A DNA stretch of 57,028 bases, counting the filler, from Bipalium vagum (Eukaryota), in NCBI GenBank assembly GCA_037834085.1. It is 3 parts of 3 records of this genome, joined end to end, with 100 filler letters (N's around TTAATTAATTAA, not from the genome) between each part and the next. Parts side by side here need not be neighbours in the genome. Positions count along the whole stretch, not along the records: positions 1 to 19,763 come from JBBMKC010268308.1; 2 more parts are not named here. One strand, written 5' to 3'. Both the position numbers and the translations under genes were made by a program. Below the pieces are notes generated by a model that was not told where the DNA came from, ran no database searches, and worked only from the letters and a program-made list of their open reading frames with translations. Of this stretch, positions 1 to 13,300 are shown one piece after another (within the stretch, counting starts at the first letter, position 1; every line of letters starts with the position of its first letter).

Positions 1-59
1 AAATATTTATTATTTAAACTAATTAATTAATTTGTTTGAATAATTGTTATATTAAAATA

Positions 60-523
60 TATAATTTCGAAATGACTTTTGATAACTTATCAACTGATAT
101 AAATGTAACTAAAAATTTGCTTATGAGGTTTAGAGATGGAGATGAGAGTTTGTAGGATTCAAAACATGGACATCGACCTTTGTCTATGAGTTTGGACTAG
201 TTTAAAGAAAGCATTGAGTCAGATCCTCAACAATTCAGACGAGAACCTGCCTATAAAATCGATTGTTTCCTGAAGATCAATTTTGACAACTTGCATCGCC
301 TTGGAAAAACATTAAGCATGGAAAATGGATTCCTCTTGATTTGTCAGAGAGCAGCAATAATAGTAGTATTCTCATCTATTCTTCATTGCTCTTGTGGTCT
401 AAAAATAGGGTATTCTTAGATTCAATTTTAACATCAGATGAAAAGTGTGTTCAATTCGACAATCCACATAAAAAATTGCAATGGTTACGTAAATGTGATG
501 GTGATACCAACCCCAAAATTTAA
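60..523 (+). mobile_element. Decayed mariner, 5' part
   Basis: Frameshifted transposase remnants: FRDGDESL, GKWIP, LTSDEKCVQFDNP. Confidence 0.75.
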
Positions 524-1325
524 TCAATCAGGTTCTTTTTAGATAAACTAATTTCATCACTGGTAAGCATTTGAATTTCAAGAATTGATGAGTTTCTTGT
601 CATGCAAGGAATTGGTCTGTGTGGACTTGAGTAAAACAAATCCCTGTATAATCAGATGATTCTCTGCCGCTGCATTAAGCATATTTATTATCACTATATT
701 TTCCTACCTAAATGAGATGGATTCTGCTTGATTATAAGTTTGAATCAGTCTCAACTGGCCTACAGGAGCATGTGGAATCATTTTATCAGTATCCCTGTAT
801 CAAAACTAAGTAAGCCTTTTTCGGAATAAATTTTTTTCTCACTTCTATCTTAAGTATCATTTTCTCTGATTTTGAGATCCCTCCCTATTATGTAAGATAT
901 GGTTGTACAAACTAGAATTCTGCAATGTAAAGAAAAATAGGAAATATGAAATGTCCAATTATCCAAAAAAATATTAAAAAGTCCAATAAAAAATTATTTA
1001 ATTAATATATTCCCCATTGGATTCTACAGATTTTTATATAATTCGATATAAAATTTTCACTCTGTTTATTAAAGAGTAAAACACGTTTATGTTTAGGTGT
1101 TAAAATAAAATATTCTAAATTTCGTGATTTCCAAGACTGAATTTAATAATATAATTAAATTAATTAATGTTAATTAATTAAAATTATTTGCTCGTTTAAA
1201 ACTGATGTTCTCAAATTATTAACCACTAGTTACATTGTGATATTTTTATTTCTGGATAATTAACTGTCACATGGACACTAATAGGTTTCATTAAATGTAT
1301 TTGACAGATTTTCCTTTTCATCCTT

Positions 1326-4300
1326 TCAGTTCAATACCATAATAAATGGTATATCAATGTCATAGGCATTTGGTTGCTAAAGATAAAAATTTTATTATTA
1401 TTTTAAAATTTAAAATTCAACTTTATTAAAACATCAAAAATTTGAGAAATGTAACTCAAAATAAAACGCATAATTATTTTTAACCTTTTAAAAGTTTATT
1501 TATCAACCACAAATAAAAATAAATAAATATTTAATTTATAAATGATATTTAATCATTTTTATTTTAAAGTTCTTAAAGATTTTCCTTATAAAACAGTGAA
1601 AGTTCTCTTACTAAAATATTAAATACATAAAGTTAATAAATAAATAATTTTTAAATGAATAAATATAAAAATAAACAGTTGAAATTAAATAAAAATTTTT
1701 AATTAAAGAATGGTTACGTTCTCTGACTAGGAAATATGTGACAAAATATAAATTCGAGGAAAATGGATCCTTGATAATATGATCCATGGCATATTCCCAT
1801 CAATTTATCCCAACAGAATCTTTACGGAAACTAAGAATGTTTAAATAAATTAGACATCAAATTATTCGACTCGCAGTTCTAAAGACAATTATTACGGTCT
1901 GTTTTCGTCCAATCAAATCAATGTAAGGTAATATAAAAAGCCTTCATTTAACATCTTTTCAGTAGTGTATTTTCTTATTACTTATCATGTGTAAATTTGG
2001 GTTTGTCGCACTTTTAATATTGATAATTGGTAAGTTTATCTCTTAGAAATTTACGATCAATTTTTTGTTATAGGAGTCTCCATAGGTATGGCAGATGGTG
2101 ATTCTAAGAATTTCGACGAGGAGTTCGATCAATATGATGATCGAGATATTGATAATAGAGAACGTCAATTTATGAAAATGAGTAAAAGAGCACTCCGATT
2201 AATGAGAATGGGAAAGAAAGCTGTGAGGCTCATGAGACTTGGAAAAAGAAAAGATAAATTTTAAGAATTTTTACAATTTTAAGTAATTTATATTTTATGA
2301 ACATATTTGAAATGTTAGATTAAAAATTGCCTGTTGACTTTCTTGGTTTTTATAAAAATTATTCTTAAAATTCATAAGACGAATTGAATGAGAAAGAATT
2401 ATCAATCATCAATATTATTATTATTATCATTATTTTAAATTATGCACGAAAAATAATCAGTTCTACCAATATTACTTAGAGAATTAAGTTTATGTCGGTG
2501 TTAGACATTTTCCATCTAAAATTGAACATTTTTATTTTAATGAAATAAATAAATCACATAATATTTAAATAATAAGAATAATTTAAATAATTATAATGAA
2601 ATTAATTAACATTTCTGTGACATGGAGATCAGAAAATTGAATATAAAGCGAATTTTGGCAAAATATACAATATATAAAATTAAAACGAAAATTTATATTA
2701 TAATTTAAAATATAAATAAACGATAATAAAATGAAAAGACATCTCCAAAGATTTATGAATTATTCACAATTGAATTATTTCTTAATTTTATTAAAGGAAA
2801 AAACTATTTTTAATTATTCATATAGTCTTTCTGTATTCTTATACTTCTTACATTTCTTGGACATATAATATTATGAATATTGCTCTCCTATTCATAGACC
2901 TATTTCATAGATTTTTATTATTTATATTATACAATATAATTTGCGAATTATTCATTGGTGTGGTATTATTTATAAACTAAATATGAAAAATCCGAATTTT
3001 CAACATTAAGAATTAAATGTACATAAAAATAATAAGTGTCACAAGTACATCTTTGGTACAGAGGTTTTAGCTTATAAAGATATTACCCAAAAATATTTTA
3101 TATTATATTTACACGGGAAAACTAGTGTGAACATATTGAAGCTAGTACCATAGGATCATCATTTAATTAAAAATATATTTACCATTATTCTCCATGCTCA
3201 GAATCTTAAATTGGTGAATATATTGGCTATAAAAATATTTATTTCTGTTGATGTTCTATTTCATTTTTATATTTTTTTATACATATAATTTACATATTAA
3301 TTATTTTCATTTTCCAAAATAAATAATTAAGAAAGTTGCTTCTTTTTCACTTATAATGTTACAATATATATATTTGTAATATTAATTATAGTTATTAATA
3401 ATTAATAATTAATGCATTCATAATTTTAATTATTTTTCTCTACTCAAACAATTATTATTAGAAGAATATTTCTTTCTATGCAATTTCAGTGGGTTTTTTA
3501 GATGAACATGATTATTATAGTCCAGTTTCATAATTCTTCTTTTCATTACATACAATATAAATATTCCTAAGAAATATTTATCATAGAAAAAATAATTATT
3601 GAACTGTAATAAGATGTGGTATGAAACTGATTTCATTAAATATAATGTGTATTTTTAATTAATTATTGATTAAATTTTTGTTGGATAGTCGTCTTTTAAT
3701 AAAAAAAACTATATCTATATCTAATCCTATTTTAAATAATTTTAATTATAATATAAAAGTTTTTATAATAACAAAATCTACAAAAATTAAAAAAGGTAAA
3801 ATAAATATTTTAAATTTAATTAATATTAATAATTCTTTAATTTTAAATGATATACATATACTCCGATAATTATCCGTACGATGATATGTAAATATTTTCA
3901 AAATAATTTTTGTATGGAAAATCAACACTTATGAAATAAATTTAATATAATAAAATAAATAAACGGATAATTATTGGAGTATCTGTATATGATTAATAAA
4001 AACATAATAAACATATTAGTAAGATATTGTTGTAAAATATATATTTAAAACTCTTTGGGTTTAAAAATTTAAATACAGTCGTCGCTCAGTTATTTGAATG
4101 CTTAGTTATTTGAACTTTCAGTTATTTGAATAATTTTTTGACATGTCTATTCAAACAAAGCTGGAAGATCATGGATTTGTTTTAAAATAAATTTTATTTG
4201 TAATTTAGTTATTTCAATAATTGAGTTATTTGAACTTTTTTGAAATCCCCACGAGTTCAAATAACTGAGCGCCGACTGTAATTAAATTTATTAGTACAAT

Positions 4301-7300
4301 AACTAAACAACTAAAAAGTGTAAAAATTGAATTTTCTTTATTCTCAAGTCCATCTAAACATAAAAAATAAATAACTAATAAAAGTTAATTAAATAACCAC
4401 TAGGAAAATAATAATATAACATTCTTTCAAATCTACCTTCACCATGTTCATAGGTAGTATACCTAAACTTTATTGTTGTCAATAGACAAAAACCCGAGTT
4501 GGATCTTTTTAGAAGACATAGTCATATTGGTAACCACAAGTCCATGAATATCTGTAGTCTTTTGTTATATGGAAACAATTCTTGAAGTTTAATAAAAATG
4601 CTTGTAATAACTAGCATTATTAAGCTCTCAGATCTGTCTGGATTTAATGATTTAAAAAGCACCTTGTGTAGTTTGACTTTCTCTTAACCCGACCAAAATG
4701 GAAACTTTTTCGGAAAATTGTTTGTATTAATTTAATATTTTTCAAAATTCCCGCAATATTCAATCTTTTGATAGATTGATTTATTATAGATATTGTCTGG
4801 TTATTACCAAAAATAATAACTTATAAGAAAAGCCCGAAATTTCGGACATTAAATCTGGCAATCGTTTTAACAACGTATTATCATAATTATCAAATATTTA
4901 TAATTCTTAATTAATATTTGTACTCTANNNNNNNNNNNNNNNNNNNNNNNNNNNNNNNNNNNNNNNNNNNNNNNNNNNNNNNNNNNNNNNNNNNNNNNNN
5001 NNNNNNNNNNNNNNNNNNNNNNNNNNNNNNNNNNNNNNNNNNNNNNNNNNNNNNNNCATAAAAGGGAAGATTATTACTCTATATTGACTACAATTTTTTT
5101 ATTAAATCCATCTTTGTGGGCTTTCCAATTCTAATACAGACTGACTGAATTTTGATCTAATTAGTCCGGTTAAGGACAACTAGCTTACGTATTAAACTGA
5201 ATTATGATACTTCTCTAATATATAATGATTAGCTTATCGAAGTTGTGGATTGGAAGTGGTCGATTGCCAAAATATAATATGATACACCAGGATTACTTTA
5301 CAAGATTTACAATATTCATTTATATTAATTTAAAATTAATTAAATGAAATTTTTTAAACATCATTGTTAAAAGATATTAATGAAAATTATTAAAAAGTAA
5401 CAGATCAAAGAAAGAAAGAAAATTAGAAATCTGGAATATTTTTATTTTTCAGAAATTAATTTTTTTCTATTCTTAAATTATAATTTAATTTTTGATTTAG
5501 TAAAACAAAAAATTAATAATTAAAAATGTCTGTCAAAACTGAACATGTTGGAGTTATACAAAACTACAAATATTTACTTATATGTTACAGGCAAAGTTAT
5601 GAAACCATCAATAACTTTATTACTGTTTAGCACATACTTGAACTTGGTTTGTCATTTATTATTTTAGTATGGAAAATCTTTCTTACTGCGTAAGCATCAA
5701 ATATTTTTCTATCATTAAACTGGCTTTGAATTTAAATGGGGTCGAACAACCATCGAAGATAATGCACCCAGTGGACTTCTTAAAAGATCTATAACATCGG
5801 AATTCATGAAGCATGTTCATAAAATTGTACTCTTAAAATTACTGAAGGTCATCTCAAACGAAAGATTTTTCATATAAAAACAGATCTACAAATGAAGAAG
5901 TATTGGAATATTCTTTAACCATTCAACAAAAACTCTTTAGGAAATAAATTTTTGAACACCATTTGGATCTTTTTAATAAAAAATAAAAGACTGTATTTGT
6001 TGTTTCATAACTATGTACGAAACTCGGATTTACCAACATGATCCTAAATTAAAACGAAGACATTTAGATTGAATTGAAGCAGGATTTTTACTTCCAAAGC
6101 AGCTGAGGGGAGAAAAAGATTTTTAAAATGTGATGACAATATTTTTTACCTTGAGAAACCTAAGCTATAATAGCAACTCTGAATACTGTCTAAGCCTATT
6201 AGATCAGTTACTATTAGGTTGTTCGGAAATAAATTAGCGTTTTATGTAAGGCAACTTTCGATGATTTTATTGTATATAAAATATGTATGAATGGCATCAT
6301 ATGATATTCCAAATTGATGCTTAGATGATAAGGATTCATAATCTATATCAATTTGTTTTACTGCTTTAAATTAAAGCATATTTTGGCACAGTTTTAAAAA
6401 TGTTAACAAACCAGTAAATTAGAGCAATACATCTCTAGGAATTTAAACTTGGAAATTCTGTGGCAGATGCAACCAAAAATATAAACAGAGCTTTCAGAGA
6501 TGGTAATGTAGCAGAATCATCTACCCGTTGGTGGTTTGCAAAATTCCGTCTTGGAAAATTTGATCTCTGTAATGCAGAGGGTAGTGGGCGAAAAACTTCA
6601 GTGAACAATGATGATTTGGGGATTTACCCGTTTTAGATTTATGAAAACAGAAAAATCATGGAACGAATAGACATGGAATATTTAATTTAATTGAAGTGGT
6701 ACTTATGCGTTTATTACAAAATGAAACACTTTTATTATCGTCATATGACGATTAAAAATAGTTCAACTTGTAATTGATTCACATTTTTATACATTCCTCG
6801 CAGTGCCGCTCACATATTTCCTTTTGATATTAAAAATCATTTATACATTCATTAGGACCCGGATCTTTATTTTATATTTAAGTTAAGATTCCACAATTTA
6901 TTTTCAAATATTTTTGTGATATTATATCCCGGGTTTTTAAAAACATTGTGAAATAAAAAACAATTTTATCATGTGAAAAATCTGTTTGTTCTCTTTGTTA
7001 TTCTACGTCCATTTTCATACCATTTATTAGATACTCGATATATTGTTTATATTCTGAAACGAAAGTGGTTCAAGTCAACAGGATGTAGTTTTATGACAAA
7101 GTAAGGATATTAATATTGATAATAGATTTTAATAAAAGCCTTATATATAAGTGTAAGGTTTCGAGGTTATAATTATTAATATAGAATTTTTTTATACTAA
7201 ATGGGTTCAATTTCGTCGAGCAGTGGGTCTGGTTCTTGGATGGGTTCTTGGTCAGGTACATTATATTTTGTAGAAGATCCTTACAGTTATAGAAGCGTTA

Positions 7301-10300
7301 AAATGGAGGACATGGAGGACCAACTTGACATGTCAGAAACAATTACAGAAATGTGGCTTTATGAAGAATTGATGAGTTATAGTATTTTTTTGATTGGTGT
7401 AGCTTGTCATACTTTTATAATTTTTGAAACTGAAAATTGGTATTGGTCAATAGAAAAAGTTTCAGATGGAATTTACATTCATAGGTCCAAAAATTTCTGG
7501 GATTTGATTAAAAAATTTAATGGAAAATCACGAAAACTTTCAATCAAACAGTCAAATTGTAGAACAATATATGTCACATTGAACGATCTTGTAAATTACA
7601 TTTCAAGAAAAGAACTCTGCATCAAATACGACCTATTGTATCATAACAATTGTCAAGGTTTTGCACACAGACTTTTTCAATATCTGAAGTGAGTATAATA
7701 AAAAATTAGACTGAATATTCGCAGTGATTTGGAAATGAGACTTTTTCAGATTTTTTATTTTTATATCTTTGTCATAATAAATAAATATTATTAAATATAT
7801 AATTATTACCATTGAATGCGTCTCCAGCAGTTCAATTCATCTCTATCTGTATCTTGGTCAATATATATATTCTCTAAAGGACATGAAGCTTGGCTGATTT
7901 GTGGCATTGTTTTAGTAATGTAGTCATTCGGGAAGGAAGTCTTGGTTTACAAAAAAAAAAGAAAAAAAACAAAATATTGTACCTATTCACACAATTGTTA
8001 TATTAATAGCACAAATCAAAAAGTTAAATTACTTTTGGCTTGAAAAACCCCTTTATTTATCAGATTTTGCTTCAAGTGATTTTTATCGATTCAGAATCCT
8101 AAAACAATTTCCTAAAGTTTTTCATCAAGCGTTTTTCATTGAATGAAGAACCAATGATAGCCGTAGACCAGTAAACAATTTTATGAAAAAGCTATTAGGA
8201 AACCTTCCGAAATTTTAACCATGACATAAAATATTTGAAGAACTCGACTGTTTTGTATCAAACATTGTATCAAATAAGTACCGGGAATTAAACTAGGAAA
8301 ACTGAAATAATTAATTAATTATTCAAAATGATGTGGTCATCACCAAAGTATTCTCTACTTATTTCAACACATAAATACTGGTTCACTAATCAAAAAATGT
8401 TTGGTGTGCTTTTTGTGGTGTGACCTTCAGATCCTTCTGCACATTTTGTTTGATATCTTTAAACTATTCAAATCGCCTTCCATGGAGTGGTAATTTTTGT
8501 ACATACATACTCATAAGTGGTGATATTTCTCAAAATCAAAAAGAAATTTTATCCTTTATCCATCTTAATTATTAATTAATATATTATTTTATTAAGTTTC
8601 AAATAATAGTTTTTATTAGTAGTATCTAATTAAAGAAAGAATACAAAGGACAACTTAACCATACTCTTCAGGAGTTTCTTGCTCATAATTTATTATTTTT
8701 CAACCAGCATAGTCTGATATAAAGGAATTCTTATTATGATCTTTTATACTCTCGCTTAACGTAAAAATATTTTTCCGAGAGATAAGATTAAAGAAAACTC
8801 AAAATACCTAGAAATTTAATATTCTTATCTTGAAATCCCAAGCATATCAAGTTGTAAATTTTTCTCCTTTCTAATAAATATAAAATATCCGTTTTATAGA
8901 TTTGGTAAATGTTTCAGACATTAGAGAGCTCTATTAATCCCAATCTGAAGAAATTCAACATTTTCATTACATTTTCTTTTTGTAAGGATAATAATACAAA
9001 ATTAAAACAGCAGGTGAACCTAGCATTTGTGGACCAATGATTTAAGTTTGGTTAAAGAATGACCATTTGGGATTTAAGGATTCTTCTCATAATATTCTGT
9101 ATTTCTACAGATTTTGTTGTGACCAAAACTTTATCAACTTCAATAAATGTTATTACCAATTTACTTATAATCAATTCTTTCATGAATTACTGATTAAATC
9201 AATGTGTGACAATTATCACCTAAATATAATATTGACTCTTTGTAAAAGTTCGTGCCTGATTTTTAAATACTTTATTACCAGAATCAGAACGTTATAACTA
9301 ATGTTTTATATTAAAATGAATCGTACTCTTTAGGTTAAATATTATAAGGTATTATTTTAAGTTAAATGCTCCTTTAAAAATTATATATATATACCTTGTA
9401 GTATTATTTAAAATATGAATATAGATAGAATAGATTTACGTCATGTAATGTTATATGAATTTTATAAAAGTGTAAGTGTTGGAATTGCTTAATAAAACGT
9501 TCATGGACTATTAAGAAATGATTCGACTATTTCGTGATGGGCATTTTTACTTGGAAGATAAATCTCGTTCTTCTTCAGCAATTAAAGACAACATGATAGA
9601 AAAAAATTCAAGGATTTCAATACAGAGATTTCTACTAGCCTTAGTTTCATTATTTTGACCGCCTTTCGTTATTTAAAAAGTCAGGAATACGTTTCTCCAT
9701 TCATACATTGACTAAAAGACAAAACTGCAGCATATGGATATATCCATATCTCTCCTTGTACGAAATAAAAATGAACCTTTTTGGAAATATTAGTAACCTG
9801 GATGAAAGTGAATCCTGTACAATAACATGCATTGTAAAAGAATCGAGAAGAAAGCCAATGAAAGCTCAGAACAACTGTCAAAGGCTGATCAACACCAAAT
9901 GAGAGTAATTCTGTGTATTTGATGAGATTTCAGAGGCCTTATTTATTATGAACTGCTCCAACGTAGTGAAACAAAAACCGCAAATAAATACCGTAATCAA
10001 CTCTAAAGAAACGATGATAAGATCGGTTAAATGCGTCCAGCTTTAATAAATAGGAAAGGAATAATTTTTCATCATGATAAAGTCAGACCCCACATTGCAT
10101 ATAAAACCTTAGGAAAACTACGAGAGTTTGAATATGAAATTTTACAACATCCTACTCACTCCCCAGACATAGCACCAATAGATTTTTATCTATTCAGGTC
10201 ATTAAACAACAGTTTGAGTGAAAAGAAGCTTTTTCTAAAGAGGTTTTTTTAAAAATCATCTCAGCAACTTTATCCTAGAACACCCAGGTGAATTTTTAAA

Positions 10301-13300
10301 TCTGAGATAGAAAAAATTGTAGACTTTTGGAAAATAATTTTAGAGAGAAATGATGACTATGTTAATGAATCATTTTATTAAAATTTTGACTTTTACCAGT
10401 TTTTAATAAAATCGGACTCGAACTTTTGCAATGACTTAATATAATATTTATTTTTATACTATTTTTATTGTAAACTTGTTAATTACCAAAATAATAATTA
10501 AATGTGAATTGAAATCAAATTAGATGACCATATGACAGAAACCTGGATTTTAAGAGTCCCCATGAGACTATTACTATTTCCATTCTCTGTCACCTACCAT
10601 AATACGAAAATAAAAGGTTGGGGTTAATTATTTTCAGAGTCAACTTTAAATTATAAATAATCTAATTAAGCTTGATGACAGGGTTGTAGAAATGAGTGGT
10701 GAATTAATATGACTACGAGATTCATGATTTAAAAGTAAAAGTTTGTGACCTTGAGAGAAATAATAAACATGAAAAAGAAAACAAAATCAAAACATTTTTA
10801 TATAAAAAATAAAATTAATCTGATTCTCCTGCAACGAACAAACAATTAAATTATGAATTAAATGATTAGTGATCCGTCATAGAGACCTTTTCAAAAATTA
10901 TCGACCTTGTTAATACAGGGAATTTTGCTTTTTTCACTTGGTTTATTTATTCAATATTTCAGTAAAACAAAAAAAAGGCCAAAACGTCTGCAAACGTGTC
11001 CAAAATCAATTAGATAATTAAGATATATATTAGAAGAAAAATAAGTTTGGTATTTGTGTATCGATTTAACAGTTTTATACTTAGGCTGATAGGAAAGCTT
11101 GTAAATCCGTTACTTTAAAAAAACAGAATCAAAAATGCTTTATGTCATTATCTGTTACATGAGATCGACCCAATTTCTGAAGCATTTTTTCCATTGTGAA
11201 ATTGGTACCTCAAAGTCCAATACCGACTTCAGACAACAAAAATTACATTTTTCGTTACATTTGTCGTTACTCCCTGTTTCAGAAAAATTTTGGAAGCATG
11301 TTTGTTATTGTAAGGATTAAATTTAACTAACAGTTATAAAGAGTCATTTTGTCATAGTTGTAAATATTAAAATCATTGTATTCATCCTGCTTGTTACTAA
11401 GAACCTTAATAACTTGCTTGGTTGCTCCATAATCAGCAGACTTTATCACCAGATAAAATTTTAAAAAGGACATCACAACGATACAATGAAAGTGGTGTCC
11501 ATAATAGCAAAAACCGATCTGGACGACTTAAAAAACTAATAAATTACCAGATAGAGAAATAGAAAAATATTTTTTATCAAATAGAAGGTACACTGTCGAA
11601 AAAATTAGATCTGTGTACAATCAATTCAACGAAATTAAAATTAGCACTTCGACTATGAAAAGTAGACTGAAGCAAGTTGGCTTATATGGACGTGTAGATG
11701 CTCGTAAACTGTTATTAAGACCAGTTAACAAGATAAAAAGGCTAAACTGGGCTAGAAAACCTGACCAATGTTATTAAGCAAGTTGGCTTATATGGACGTG
11801 TAGATGCTCGTAAACTGTTATTAAGACCAGTTAACAAGATTAAAAGGCTAAACTGGGCTAGAAAACCTGACCAATGGAAAAATGTGCTTTGGACAGAAGA
11901 ATCCAAATTCAAACTTTATGGTTCAAAACGACGTGTTTTTGTTCGAAGATATTCAGACGAATGTTTCGTGCAAACTATAAAGCATGAACGTTGCTCTTTC
12001 ATTGTTTGGGATTGCTTTGGTGAAGAAAATTTTGAGTTTATAAACAGAATTGAAACAATAATGACGAAAGAAATTTATAGGGACATTTTGGAATGACAAG
12101 TATTCTCCGGCGAAAGATTATTAGAAGATCTTCAAAGTCAGCAAATATTAGAAATAATTGAATGGACACCACAGTCACCAGATCTCAATCCGACCGAGTT
12201 GCTTTGGGAAGAACTTGACAGAAATGTGCGAGAAGAGCAACCATTTTGTTTTGAAAACCTTTGGCACATAATGCAATACACCTCAAAACATAGCATAAAT
12301 TAATCATCGTATACCAAAGATCTGTGCTGCTGTAATAAAGAAAAAATTCAAAAATTTAAATATAAGCCTGTTGTGATTAAGAATTTTAAATAAAAAATGT
12401 TTAATATTTATTAGTTTCTGTGTTTAGCACAAATCACATTTGAAAAAGCTTATTTATTCCGCAATTTAAAACCAACCTCAAACTTTCTGTCAGTAGTGTG
12501 TATCTTTTTCATAATTTCTTTGGAAACGGGTTTGAGTTGATTTTAAAAATTAAGCTTATAATTTTTTTAAACAAAACTTTTTATTTATAGTGTCCAAATA
12601 AGTTCTTGCCGATTTTATTAAATTGACGTTTCATGAAATATTTTATTATTATTACTCAGAAAATCAATTTGTTTTATTAGATTAAATTCAATCAAACATG
12701 TAATTCGATTTTTCAAATATCTTTAAGTAATATTTAAATTTTTTCAGCAGTCAAAATGGCGAACAATAATTCAATCATTCGTTCCCGCTTACTCTATGAG
12801 TTTAAGCTTGGTTCCAATCCCTCAGAAGCTAGTGGAAACTTTTGTACGGCATTTGGAAAAGGTGCATTAAAGGATAGAAATGCTTATTATTGGTTTGAGA
12901 AGTCATGAACAATGACGATTTGAGAAAGGCAATCGAGTCCGATTCAAGTCAAACATGTAATGAACTTGGTTTCATATTTAATGTCAGCGAAGAAACAATC
13001 AGACTGCATATGCATCAGATTGGAAAGAGATGGAAATTAAGCAAATGGGTTCCACGTGATCTAACACCAGAGAATAGATTTCAGCGACTGACAATATGCT
13101 CTTCTCATCTCAGTCTGTTAAAGGTAAAGCCATTTTTCAGTAGAATACTGACATGCATTGAAAAGTGGGTTATGTATTCTAAACAAAAGAGAACACGTCA
13201 TTGGTTATCTCCTACGGATTCCTTGCCACAAGTTCCAAAGGATGAACTATTTCAGAAAAAGCTTTTACTGTGCGTTTGGTGGACTTGTGAAGGAATTATT

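Noticed and set aside
3430-3928. Overlapping 60-68 aa ORFs and similar short AT-rich ORFs elsewhere
   Set aside because: I/K/N/F-biased chance ORFs or antisense frames of transposons, with no motifs or splice support.
7055-7068. IRF/ISRE-like GAAACGAAAGT upstream of the peptidase
   Set aside because: A single short motif in AT-rich DNA; not supportable without expression data.
6620-7915. Helitron as the definite carrier of the peptidase
   Set aside because: No clear 5' TC start, 3' CTRR end or subterminal hairpin; kept only as an untested alternative.
10533-10583. Minus-strand exon-like segment VTENGNSNSLMGTLKIQ as an extra roadblock exon
   Set aside because: Phase 0-0, incompatible with the available upstream donors; the other phases hit stop codons.
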